Positions 19,249-27,513 of a stretch of 60,499 nt of DNA are shown here, piece after piece; within the stretch, counting starts at the first letter, position 1, and each line of letters begins with the position of its first letter. The stretch is from Clostridia bacterium. Lineage in GTDB: Bacteria > Bacillota > Clostridia > Christensenellales > Borkfalkiaceae. The stretch lies in the NCBI GenBank assembly GCA_029061155.1, contig JAIDSQ010000151.1, forward strand, positions 1-60,499. The letters run 5' to 3'. The position numbers and the translations under genes are program-made. The notes under the pieces are model-generated. The model had not been told where the DNA came from. It saw only the letters and a program-made list of their open reading frames with translations, and did no database searches.

Positions 19249-20090
19249 GCAACCTCCTTACAGATGATGACCGTCTTTGTAGGGTCTACTTTATCGGGTT
19301 CTATAATAAGCTCGTCAATGTGGTCTGCGCGGATAGTTCCGCCCGAAGGGTTTAAAACGCTGTCAACCTTGCCGCGGATATCCGCCTCCACCGTCGAATA
19401 CTCGAATGCAAGCGTGGTGTTTATAAGACGGCAGTTGACAAGCTTTAAATTCCTGATATAGCATAAGCCCTGCAAGCTTTCAATGGTGCAGTTTATAAGC
19501 GTTAAATTTTGTGCGTTCCAGCCGAGGTATTCGCCCGAAATAAAGGAATCGTACACAGTAACGTTTTTACTGTTCCAGAAACTGTCCTTGGAAAGAAGTT
19601 TGGAATTTCTTATGGTAACATTCTCCGCACCGTCAAAGCAGTAGTCGCCAGTAAGCGTGAAGTTATCGCACGCCACGCCCTTGCAGTTCATAGCAAAATA
19701 GGGTCCGTGCGCCGTAACGTTTTTAAGGGTGATATCCTCGCAGTTCCAGAACGTTTCCAAAGCGTTGGGCATGTTGACGTTTTCAAGCCTTATCCCGCTT
19801 GAACGGCGGAAAGTCTTGGGCGCCTCGATAACGCCGTTTGTGAAGGTTATGTTGTGCGTGTACCAGATACCCGCGCGCGCCGTATCAAACAGCGTGCAGT
19901 CCTTCGCCGTTATATTCTCCGAATACCATAAGGGGTACTTCCACCTGAATATGCTGTTTTCAAGCTGAATGTTTTTACTCTCTTTAAGGGGGGATTCGCC
20001 GTCCGCGAACGTGCCCTCCACTATATACAAATCACGTGCGTGAAACAGAGCGCGTTCACCCGTGTAATATCCTCTTATAAGTTTTTCCAT
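19245..20090 (-). CDS. DUF3737-family protein (predicted right-handed beta-helix)
   Basis: 281 aa with repetitive N-x-T/V-containing beta-helix rungs. The GERALF...SPLKESKNI..ENS start is typical of DUF3737. Confidence 0.65.
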   Translation of the reverse strand: MEKLIRGYYTGERALFHARDLYIVEGTFADGESPLKESKNIQLENSIFRWKYPLWYSENITAKDCTLFDTARAGIWYTHNITFTNGVIEAPKTFRRSSGIRLENVNMPNALETFWNCEDITLKNVTAHGPYFAMNCKGVACDNFTLTGDYCFDGAENVTIRNSKLLSKDSFWNSKNVTVYDSFISGEYLGWNAQNLTLINCTIESLQGLCYIRNLKLVNCRLINTTLAFEYSTVEADIRGKVDSVLNPSGGTIRADHIDELIIEPDKVDPTKTVIICKEVA

Positions 20091-21353
20091 TTAAAGCTCC
20101 TTTGCGTAGACCCTCGTAATTTTCGTATAGCCGTTTTTCATAAGTTCGTCTATCTGGAATTTAAGATTTTTCTTCATAGGCTGAACGGTCGTCACAACGC
20201 CCGTCTCGCGTAAAAGCTGCGCCTGACGGAATACCTCAATCTTCTTCTCCGCGCTTACGCCCTTTTCAATCAGATAGGCAACGCCGTCTTCGGTAAGCTT
20301 AAGTTCGCCCTTGCCGATATCATTTAAAATTGTGACTATTCTTTCAAACCCGATGGAAAAGCCCACGGCGCTTGTTTTAACGCCCGAGAACTTTTCAATC
20401 ATTTCGTCGTAGCGCCCTCCGCCAGCAACGGACGAAGAAAAGCCGTCGACCGAAACTTCAAATATAGGTCCCGTATAGTACCCCATTCCGCGGACAAGCG
20501 CGGGGTCGAATACGATATGCGCCTTATTGCGCGTAGTCACCGTGCAGCAGTCTATAATTTCGGCAAGTCCCGAAACGACTTCATTATCTACACATCCGAC
20601 GCTGTTGCAGAAGTCGGTACAGCTTATCCCTTCCGCGCTGTTCTTATAAATTCCGAGGTAGCCCTTTACAACGTTTTGGGAATAACCCTTTGCGACAAGC
20701 TCGTTTCCCACGCCTTCGTAGCCTATTTTATCGAGCTTGTCCAAAGAAATTAAAACGGAAGGAACGTCTTCAGCCGTAAAGCCTGCCTTTAAAGCCGCAG
20801 CCGTTAAAATGCGCCTGTCGTTTATGTGAACGGTGATGTTCGGGTTATCGCATTGTGAAAATATTTGCGCAAGCATATCGGTGGTTGCGGTAATAAGTTC
20901 TATTTCGGCAAAGTTTGTGTTATCGCCAAGAATATCTATATCGCACTGCACGAACTGGCGGAAACGCCCCTTCTGCGGGTTGTCCGCGCGCCACACACTG
21001 CCTATCTGCATTGCCTTGAATGGCGATAAAAGCTTTGCGCCGTTGTTTGCGTAAAACCTTGCAAGGGGCACGGTCAAATCGTAACGCATACCGCAGTCGG
21101 CAAGCTCCTTGCCCGAAACCTTGGCGCGCTCAAGCTCCGCCCCCCTCTTCATTACTTTGAAAATGAGTTTCTCGTTCTCTCCGCCCTGCTTGGAGGTGAG
21201 ATTTTCTATATGCTCCATAACGGGCGTTTCAATCTCTTCAAAACCGTATTTTGAATATGCCTGCCTGATTTCGGTAAGCAGCTTTTGCCTAAGCCTCATT
21301 TCCGAAGGCGTAATATCGCACATTCCCTTGACGGGTATCTTTACAAAGCCCAT
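20091..21353 (-). CDS. hisS: Histidine--tRNA ligase
   Basis: 420 aa, class II aaRS motifs (RYDLTVPLAR, FRQF.QCDIDILG, GGGRYD) plus an anticodon-binding C-terminus. Confidence 0.9.
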   Translation of the reverse strand: MGFVKIPVKGMCDITPSEMRLRQKLLTEIRQAYSKYGFEEIETPVMEHIENLTSKQGGENEKLIFKVMKRGAELERAKVSGKELADCGMRYDLTVPLARFYANNGAKLLSPFKAMQIGSVWRADNPQKGRFRQFVQCDIDILGDNTNFAEIELITATTDMLAQIFSQCDNPNITVHINDRRILTAAALKAGFTAEDVPSVLISLDKLDKIGYEGVGNELVAKGYSQNVVKGYLGIYKNSAEGISCTDFCNSVGCVDNEVVSGLAEIIDCCTVTTRNKAHIVFDPALVRGMGYYTGPIFEVSVDGFSSSVAGGGRYDEMIEKFSGVKTSAVGFSIGFERIVTILNDIGKGELKLTEDGVAYLIEKGVSAEKKIEVFRQAQLLRETGVVTTVQPMKKNLKFQIDELMKNGYTKITRVYAKEL

Positions 21354-21385
21354 AATCTGCTCCTCTTTAATTTACATTCGTTAGC

Positions 21386-21414
21386 ATTATATCACAATGA
21401 AAAATAAACTTCAA
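21386..21414 (-). promoter_or_regulatory. hisS promoter (TTGAAG-17 nt-TATAAT with TGn extension)
   Basis: On the minus strand, TTGAAG (21409-14), a 17-nt spacer, then tgaTATAAT (21386-91). The leader is only about 30 nt, so there is no room for a T-box. Confidence 0.6.
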
Positions 21415-21649
21415 TTAAAATTAATATAAAAAAATTACCACGCGGCTTACCCGCGCGGCTGGCATAAGGTATTTAATTAAGCACTCGATAAAATTTCACA
21501 TTGTTTATCTTGCCATATCAAGCCATCTTTTTGTAGTTTAGTGCGATATATAGTCTTTGTTATATATACTTTATTTTCATTACATAGTTGATGTCATTTT
21601 CACGGTATCAAATCGATTGCTTTTAAACAAAAAATATGGTACAGTATCT

Positions 21650-21737
21650 TTGCGACACATTTGAATAGTCCTAATGTTAAGGAGTGGCATAGGTAAAAAT
21701 GTACACTCTCGCCTTAATATTAGGAAATGTGTCGCAA
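21650..21737. other. 88-nt extended imperfect hairpin (13-bp perfect outer stem)
   Basis: ttgcgacacattt (21650-62) pairs with aaatgtgtcgcaa (21725-37). The inner arms cctaatgttaagg and ccttaatattagg match 12 of 13, and gagtg/cactc pairs at the tip. Confidence 0.75.
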
Positions 21738-21800
21738 CATTGAGGGGTGCGTTTTTCGGCGTGTTTCTCAATGGAACACGTCTTTTTTATTGGAGTTATT

Positions 21801-22478
21801 ATGTTATATGAAAAGAAAAGAATAATAACACATAGGTCAATTTGGCTTATACTATTGTTGTTAGGAATTATTATACCGACTATTATTGCATATGCACCGC
21901 CCAAAGATGTAGAAATTATAGACGATAACGGCTACATCATTAACTATTACGAATCACTTAATGAAACAAATTGCGAAATTGAAGTTATATTCAATACTAA
22001 TGTTGACTCCGGATATATTACGGTTGCTTTTTATGACGATAACGACAAATTACTTTCAAAAGAAGAAAAACATTTTTACGGTTACGGTAACACTCTTTCG
22101 TCAACCTTCTTTATAGACGGAAAAGTTGACAGTTATGAAATCTTGGATTACAACAATATCAGTGTTTCAAATGATGCAGAATTTATTGCGATACAACTTT
22201 TTATCTATGCCGATATATTCATTTTTTCGTTTTTTATTGCATCGTTATTATTGTCTTATAAAACATACAAATACAACGATTTCGATATAATTATATATGC
22301 GGGCTGGTATCATCATTATTTAAAAGTAAACGGAACAAAAATGGACGAACATAACACCTTAATATCTTTTACAGCAATTCCATTATCGTGCACATTAGAT
22401 GACGGAACTGAACTTAACGCTACAATCACAAAGTCAAATAGAATTTCATTAAAAATAAACAATCAACTATATACATAA
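21801..22478 (+). CDS. Hypothetical two-TM membrane protein
   Basis: Start set at MLYEKKR, with GGAG 5-9 nt upstream. One TM lies near the N-terminus and a second near residue 150. Very AT-rich; no family recognised. Confidence 0.6.
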   Translation: MLYEKKRIITHRSIWLILLLLGIIIPTIIAYAPPKDVEIIDDNGYIINYYESLNETNCEIEVIFNTNVDSGYITVAFYDDNDKLLSKEEKHFYGYGNTLSSTFFIDGKVDSYEILDYNNISVSNDAEFIAIQLFIYADIFIFSFFIASLLLSYKTYKYNDFDIIIYAGWYHHYLKVNGTKMDEHNTLISFTAIPLSCTLDDGTELNATITKSNRISLKINNQLYT

Positions 22479-22492
22479 AAGGTAATATAATT

Positions 22493-22930
22493 ATGGACGA
22501 TAAATATTTTACTATAAAAGAATATCCCGAAGATGTCTATTGTGCCGTTGGACAGATTATTCAACATTCACAAGAATGGGAACAGGAATATAAGCGACTT
22601 GCTTTAATGTGCAATATTCCTGTAAAAAAAGTAACTAAATCCTCACTCAACAAATTAAATGATGCGTTAAAAAAGCTTAATTATATCAGCCAAGAGGACT
22701 ACAAAAAATTAAAAACAGTTATTGATATAAGAAACTATATAAATCACAGCTTTTACTTAATAGATTTTCAAAAATCGTACGATAGCTATGAACAAAGGCT
22801 TAAAACATTAGAATATAAATTAAACTCTGCACAGTTTTTAATTTTTGAGGCTACTGATTTTATCGACAATATTATAGATAAATTACAAGGTAGCAGTATT
22901 ATGCGTCCAAATATTTTAGACAAAACTTAA
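22493..22930 (+). CDS. Hypothetical small helical protein with an R-x4-H (HEPN-like) motif
   Basis: 145 aa; IDIRNYINHSF fits the Rx4-6H HEPN RNase signature. Size and helical character are HEPN-like. It starts 14 nt after the preceding gene. Confidence 0.5.
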   Translation: MDDKYFTIKEYPEDVYCAVGQIIQHSQEWEQEYKRLALMCNIPVKKVTKSSLNKLNDALKKLNYISQEDYKKLKTVIDIRNYINHSFYLIDFQKSYDSYEQRLKTLEYKLNSAQFLIFEATDFIDNIIDKLQGSSIMRPNILDKT

Positions 22931-22937
22931 TTAAAAC

Positions 22938-22970
22938 AAAATCTCTCGGATAGCTGATCCGAGAGATTTT
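22938..22970. terminator. Bidirectional intrinsic terminator between the HEPN-like gene and the convergent ttcA-like gene
   Basis: aaaatctctcgga-tagctga-tccgagagatttt. Confidence 0.8.
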
Positions 22971-22978
22971 ACATTTAT

Positions 22979-23815
22979 TTAATAATCGTCGGTAAAGCGG
23001 TGTCTTACGTCGTCCTTGTCCTTGTAGGCTATGACCGTCTTGAGGCTGACGTTTTCAACGCTCCTGAAAATATTCTGCTCGATACCCGCGTCCTCGCTTT
23101 CAAGCTTTCTTATAAGTTCTTTAACTTTAAGCCGTTTGCCCGCGTCCCCCTTCGCCTGATGCTCGGTAAACTTGCAAGCGCACTGCAAAAATTTAAGTCC
23201 GCAATAGTCACGCCACGCTTTTACGTGCTCTTCGCGTATTAAATACATGGGGCGGATAAGTTCCATCCCCTCGAAGTTTGCGCTTTTAAGCTTGGGCATC
23301 ATGGTCTGCATCTGCCCGCCGTACAGCATGCCCATAACTATGGTTTCGATAACGTCGTCATAGTGGTGCCCGAGCGCGATTTTATTACAGCCCAAGTCCT
23401 TTGCCCTGTGGTAAAGATGTCCGCGTCTCATTCGCGCGCAGATATAGCAGGGCGACTTTTCAATGTTTAAAACGCTGTCGAAAATATCCGTCTCGAAAAT
23501 TTCAACAGGTATATTCAGCGCTTTTGCATTGCTTTCGATAAGTTGCCTGTTTTCCTCTTTATAGCCGGGGTCCATTACGAGAAATATAATCTCGAAGGGA
23601 ATTTTATTGTGGCGCTTTAGTTCCTGAAAGAGTTTCGCCATTAAAAAGGAATCCTTTCCGCCCGAAATACACACGGCAATTTTGTCGTTGGGCTGAATAA
23701 GCTCGTACTCCTTTATCGCCTTGGTAAACCGCGAAAACAGCTTTTTATGGAACTTTTTTTTAATGCTGTCCTCGGCGCGCTTTGCTATATCGACTATCTC
23801 GTAATTCTCTTCCAT
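22979..23815 (-). CDS. ttcA: PP-loop ATPase, TtcA-family tRNA 2-thiolation protein
   Basis: 278 aa, SGGKDS PP-loop (CISGGKDS), CYICARMRRG and CACKF cysteine motifs. Confidence 0.75.
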   Translation of the reverse strand: MEENYEIVDIAKRAEDSIKKKFHKKLFSRFTKAIKEYELIQPNDKIAVCISGGKDSFLMAKLFQELKRHNKIPFEIIFLVMDPGYKEENRQLIESNAKALNIPVEIFETDIFDSVLNIEKSPCYICARMRRGHLYHRAKDLGCNKIALGHHYDDVIETIVMGMLYGGQMQTMMPKLKSANFEGMELIRPMYLIREEHVKAWRDYCGLKFLQCACKFTEHQAKGDAGKRLKVKELIRKLESEDAGIEQNIFRSVENVSLKTVIAYKDKDDVRHRFTDDY

Positions 23816-23816
23816 T

Positions 23817-24515
23817 TCAATCTTCCGTATAACTATATTTAGTTAATTGCTTTATAACTTCGCCCGCCATAATAAGTCCGACTACGGGCGGAACAAATGG
23901 CGTACTGCCCGTAATATCCGCCGCTGATTTTTTGGGCTGTTCCCTGGAATAGACGACTTTTACGCCGCTTATGCCGCGTTTACCAAGTTCCCTGCGCATA
24001 ACCCTTGCAAGCGGGCAGACCGAAGTTTTGCTTATATCTGCAACTTCAAAGGCGGTCGGGTCAACCTTGTTGCCCGCTCCCATTGCGCTGATTACAGGCA
24101 CGCCGCTTTTCTTTGCTTTTTCGATTATGGCGATTTTACCCGCAACGGTGTCAATCGCGTCTACAACGTAGTCGTAAAGAGTAAAGTCGAACTCTTCCGC
24201 CGTCTCGGGCAGAAAGAAAGTTTTATGCGCGGTAACTTTGCACTGCGGGTTAATGTCGGCAATGCGCTCGGCGGCAACGTCCACCTTATCCCTGCCAACC
24301 GTGGAACGTGTAGCTATTATCTGACGGTTGATGTTGGAAAGGCAAACCTTGTCTTTGTCGATTACATCTATTGCACCCACGCCCGCGCGGGCAAGCGCCT
24401 CCACGACGTAACCGCCGACTCCGCCGACGCCGAACACCGCAACGCGGCTTTTTGAAAGGCGCTCTACGCTGTCTTTACCGAAAACAAGTTCCGTCCTTGA
24501 AAATTGAGTTTCCAT
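23817..24515 (-). CDS. tcdA: ThiF-family tRNA threonylcarbamoyladenosine dehydratase
   Basis: 232 aa, VFGVGGVGGYVVEALARAGVG Rossmann motif, TcdA-like length. Confidence 0.75.
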   Translation of the reverse strand: METQFSRTELVFGKDSVERLSKSRVAVFGVGGVGGYVVEALARAGVGAIDVIDKDKVCLSNINRQIIATRSTVGRDKVDVAAERIADINPQCKVTAHKTFFLPETAEEFDFTLYDYVVDAIDTVAGKIAIIEKAKKSGVPVISAMGAGNKVDPTAFEVADISKTSVCPLARVMRRELGKRGISGVKVVYSREQPKKSAADITGSTPFVPPVVGLIMAGEVIKQLTKYSYTED

Positions 24516-24521
24516 ATATAT

Positions 24522-25169
24522 TTACCAAATAAAGTTAGCTTTCGCCTGTTCGCCGTTGTCTATCAGAATGTCCTGCGCAGTCATTGACTTGTTTATGACG
24601 GTCACAAAATACGCCCACTCCGCAATCTCTTCGGGCTGCGCCCACTTGGGGATAAGCGTTTCAGCCATAATTTGTTGCCACAAAGAAGGGTCGTTCATAA
24701 CATGTTCGTTAAGCTCGGTACGCACCCCGCCGGGGGAAAGGCTGTTTGCCGTCGCGCCGTACTTTGCTATGCGCAGAGCTACGTTTTTCATATATGCAAT
24801 AAGTCCGCCCTTGCTTGCCGAATATTCGGGAAATTCCGCGCCTGTGTGCGCGCTTGCCGAGGCAATGAAAAGGACGCTCTTTATATTTTTACTGAAGGCA
24901 TATTTTTCGGTGACACGCATACTGCCTTTCAGATTGACGTCAATATCCCTGCCCGAATTCTGCACGCCCGCGTTGTTTATAACAATATCAAAGCCCGAAA
25001 TATCGGGAAGTTCGTCCGAAAAAACGTCGGCTATGTAATGAGTATAGTTTTTCTCGTCTATGGACGAAGGCAGAATATCGATACCCGCAACTTCGTGACC
25101 GCAAGCCAAAAATTTTTGTGCAATCGCCCTGCCTATCCCCTTACTCGTTCCCGTTATCAGAACTTTCAT
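24522..25169 (-). CDS. Short-chain dehydrogenase/reductase (SDR) family oxidoreductase
   Basis: 215 aa, TGTSKGIGRA cofactor motif, NNAG, Y-x3-K (YSASK). Confidence 0.8.
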   Translation of the reverse strand: MKVLITGTSKGIGRAIAQKFLACGHEVAGIDILPSSIDEKNYTHYIADVFSDELPDISGFDIVINNAGVQNSGRDIDVNLKGSMRVTEKYAFSKNIKSVLFIASASAHTGAEFPEYSASKGGLIAYMKNVALRIAKYGATANSLSPGGVRTELNEHVMNDPSLWQQIMAETLIPKWAQPEEIAEWAYFVTVINKSMTAQDILIDNGEQAKANFIW

Positions 25170-25911
25170 TTTGAGTTCTCCTTAACATTAAATACTGCCC
25201 GCCTACGCCGTTTTTCTTCCACCTTCTTGTAATCACAAAACCGGGATAGAAGAACAGCCCCTCGCATAAAAGTTCGACAAGCATACCGGTGGCGGCGCAT
25301 GTTAAGCATTGCACTATCGTCCAGCCGAAGAAAAAATGACTTACCAAAAGCGCAAATATCAGGTTGTCCGCAAACTGCCCGACCGCCGTCGAAACGTAAG
25401 CGCGCATAACGTAAGCGCAAAGTCCGTCGGGGTTTTTCTTAAACAGCTTGCCTATGCCGAAGTTTGAAAGATTGTTTATTATTGCCGACGCCAGAAACGC
25501 AACGGTACTTCCCAAAACGACGTACCAAGTTCCGCCGAATGTAGCGTTCAGCGCGCCGTTTATTATCTCCTCGCTGCCCTCAACATAACTTTCGCCCCAC
25601 TCTCCGGGGATAAGACTTCCCAAAAACAGCAACAGGCAGAAAAAGAGGTTAACGGCAATTGCAAGCACGGTTATCTCGGTTGCCGCCTTGGGGCCGAAAT
25701 GCTTGGTCAGAATATCCATTGTAAAGAACGCGAACCAGGAAACAATTATTCCGCAGTCGAGCGCAAGCCAGTCGACCGATATCAATATACTTTTATTGGC
25801 TAAGAGGTTCATGCTGAACACCGACAGTATGAACAGCGCCAAAACATACGAAGGAACGCATTTTAAAAGCGTGCAAAATTCACTGAATTCTTTTTTGATC
25901 TTTTGTTTCAA
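25141..25911 (-). CDS. yhhQ: Queuosine-precursor transporter (YhhQ/VUT, DUF165 family)
   Basis: Polytopic membrane protein. Start set at the TTG at 25911, preceded by GGGGG. The track ORF extends artificially through the riboswitch. A preQ1 riboswitch lies upstream. Confidence 0.75.
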   Translation of the reverse strand: MKQKIKKEFSEFCTLLKCVPSYVLALFILSVFSMNLLANKSILISVDWLALDCGIIVSWFAFFTMDILTKHFGPKAATEITVLAIAVNLFFCLLLFLGSLIPGEWGESYVEGSEEIINGALNATFGGTWYVVLGSTVAFLASAIINNLSNFGIGKLFKKNPDGLCAYVMRAYVSTAVGQFADNLIFALLVSHFFFGWTIVQCLTCAATGMLVELLCEGLFFYPGFVITRRWKKNGVGGQYLMLRRTQNESSDNGNE

Positions 25912-25946
25912 AATTAATTGCCCCCGCAATATTACGTGGCGAAAGA

Positions 25947-25968
25947 CAAAAAAGGGCGCAAAGCGCCC
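25947..25968 (-). terminator. Riboswitch expression-platform terminator
   Basis: On the minus strand, gggcgctttgcgccc followed by TTTTTT. Confidence 0.75.
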
Positions 25969-25975
25969 ATCCTTT

Positions 25976-26016
25976 CCATAGTTTTTTTTATAGACAGGAT
26001 GGTTACGAACTGTCTT
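25976..26016 (-). promoter_or_regulatory. preQ1-I riboswitch aptamer
   Basis: The minus strand reads AGACAGUUCGUAACCAUCCUGUCUAUAAAAAAAACUAUGG. P1 is GACAG/CUGUC, the loop starts UUC, and an A-rich tail ends in CUA. AUGG can pair with the loop CCAU to form P2. The layout matches the B. subtilis queC aptamer. Confidence 0.75.
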
Positions 26017-26027
26017 TCGTTTATCTG

Positions 26028-26056
26028 AATATACCATTAATTTAAGTCAATGTCAA
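26028..26056 (-). promoter_or_regulatory. Promoter of the riboswitch-yhhQ unit (TTGACA-17 nt-TATATT)
   Basis: On the minus strand, TTGACA (26051-56), a 17-nt spacer, then TATATT (26028-33), about 12 nt before the aptamer. Confidence 0.65.
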
Positions 26057-26158
26057 ACTAAAAAGGTGTGAAAAACAAAATACGCAATATGCAATAAGTT
26101 TTTTCATTGGTAATCCCCTTCTATTTGAGCGAGTCGCTGAATTCTTTCAACGACTCGC

Positions 26159-26734
26159 TTAAATAGGTCTTAAATTTTTATTAAGCCTGTCCACTATCCA
26201 GGCAAGCCGCTTTTGCTTGCCCGCATCCGTCTTTGCATCAAAGTATGCGCGGGCGTAGGTTTTCTTTACCGATAACGGCATAGCCTGAAAATTAGTGTTC
26301 GCAGGCTCATATTCCTGAAGCAATGATGAAAGAACGGCGATTGCTTCCTCGCCGAGAGACATTAAATCGGGTGCGTCCCACTGACCGTTCTTCTTGGCTT
26401 CCTCTATCTTTTCTCTGCCGAAATCGGTCATAAGTCCGCGCTCTTCGAGACTCTTGACTATCGCCTTGTTTTTATCCGACCACTTACTTTTCGCCCTGCG
26501 CTCGGCAAAATATTTCTTATAAGCTTTATCGTCAACGCTCTGCACCTGTCCGTCGATCCAGCCGAAGCACAGAGCTTCTTCAAGCGCCTCTTCCGCCTTT
26601 ATAGTTTTCGGACCGCCGCTCTTCCCAAATAACAACCAAACGCCATCGCTTGACTTACTGTTTTCTGAAAGCCACTTTCTGAATTCTTCTCTGTCGACAA
26701 ACGTAAGTATTTCGCTCATATCAAACATTCCCAA
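26159..26734 (-). CDS. YdeI/OmpD-associated family protein
   Basis: 191 aa, F..REEFRKWL...DGVWL...EALCFGWIDG pattern typical of YdeI. Confidence 0.65.
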   Translation of the reverse strand: MGMFDMSEILTFVDREEFRKWLSENSKSSDGVWLLFGKSGGPKTIKAEEALEEALCFGWIDGQVQSVDDKAYKKYFAERRAKSKWSDKNKAIVKSLEERGLMTDFGREKIEEAKKNGQWDAPDLMSLGEEAIAVLSSLLQEYEPANTNFQAMPLSVKKTYARAYFDAKTDAGKQKRLAWIVDRLNKNLRPI

Positions 26735-27497
26735 CGTCTATGTATTTTTCTGTTTTGCTCTGCTCGTAAACTTGCTTGCCGATAATCGTTATCGCCTTTT
26801 GCGGGCAGTTGGAAAAGCAGCGGTAACACATCGTACACTTGCCATTGAATATAACCTTACCGCCCTCAATTCGGATATTTTTCATAGGGCAGACAGAGGC
26901 GCACAGACCGCAGGCAACGCACTTATCTCCGTCCGCCTTTACTCCGTCATAATACTTTTTGGTTTTATTTGGAAAATACAATCTCTGTCCGAACAGCCCC
27001 GCAACATGATAGAAAAAGCCCAACCCCTCTTTCGGGTATTTTCCGCTTTTGATATTATCTGCGGCTTTAACGATTTTTTCCTCCGCTTGTTTAATCAGTT
27101 CACGGTTTTTATCAAGCGGCTTTTTAAGCAACTTGGAGTCGCCTATGCAGTCGGGCATTTTCAAATGCAGACCGCCGATAACCTTTGCCCCGTATTTTTT
27201 AAACAGCCTCGCCGAACAGCCCGCGCCGTCACCGCTGAATAAGCCCATAGTTGCAATTATAAAAATGCGTTTACCCCGCCATATGCCGCGGTTAAGCTTT
27301 ATAAAGTCTCTTACGATTTTCGGCAAGTTCGAATATTGAACGGGATAGGCAAACACTATTTCGTCCGTATTTTTGACCGCGTCCGTTGCCGCAGGGTCTT
27401 CTATCGGCAGCGCCCGCGCACTCCCTTCAAAAGCTTTTAAAAACTTTTCTATACAATACTTCGTATTGCCCGTTCCGCTGAAATATACTCCGACCAT
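26721..27497 (-). CDS. EFR1-family ferredoxin (flavodoxin-like domain plus 2x[4Fe-4S])
   Basis: 258 aa, YFSGTGNTKY N-terminus, CVACGLCASVCP and CTMCYRCFSNCP clusters. Confidence 0.75.
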   Translation of the reverse strand: MVGVYFSGTGNTKYCIEKFLKAFEGSARALPIEDPAATDAVKNTDEIVFAYPVQYSNLPKIVRDFIKLNRGIWRGKRIFIIATMGLFSGDGAGCSARLFKKYGAKVIGGLHLKMPDCIGDSKLLKKPLDKNRELIKQAEEKIVKAADNIKSGKYPKEGLGFFYHVAGLFGQRLYFPNKTKKYYDGVKADGDKCVACGLCASVCPMKNIRIEGGKVIFNGKCTMCYRCFSNCPQKAITIIGKQVYEQSKTEKYIDVGNV

Positions 27498-27513
27498 TTT
27501 ACTTCTCCCGCTG

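Noticed and set aside
21354-21480. Expected T-box leader upstream of hisS, and a possible terminator at 21438-21462
   Set aside because: The predicted promoter leaves only about 30 nt of leader, and no specifier or T-box sequence is present. The GC-rich segment is mostly a direct repeat (cgcggct x2) with at best a 5-bp stem, so it is not called as a terminator.
25912-26037. N-terminal 42-codon extension of the yhhQ track ORF
   Set aside because: The extension translates straight through the riboswitch aptamer and its terminator. A TTG start at 25911 with an upstream G-run gives a normal-length transporter.
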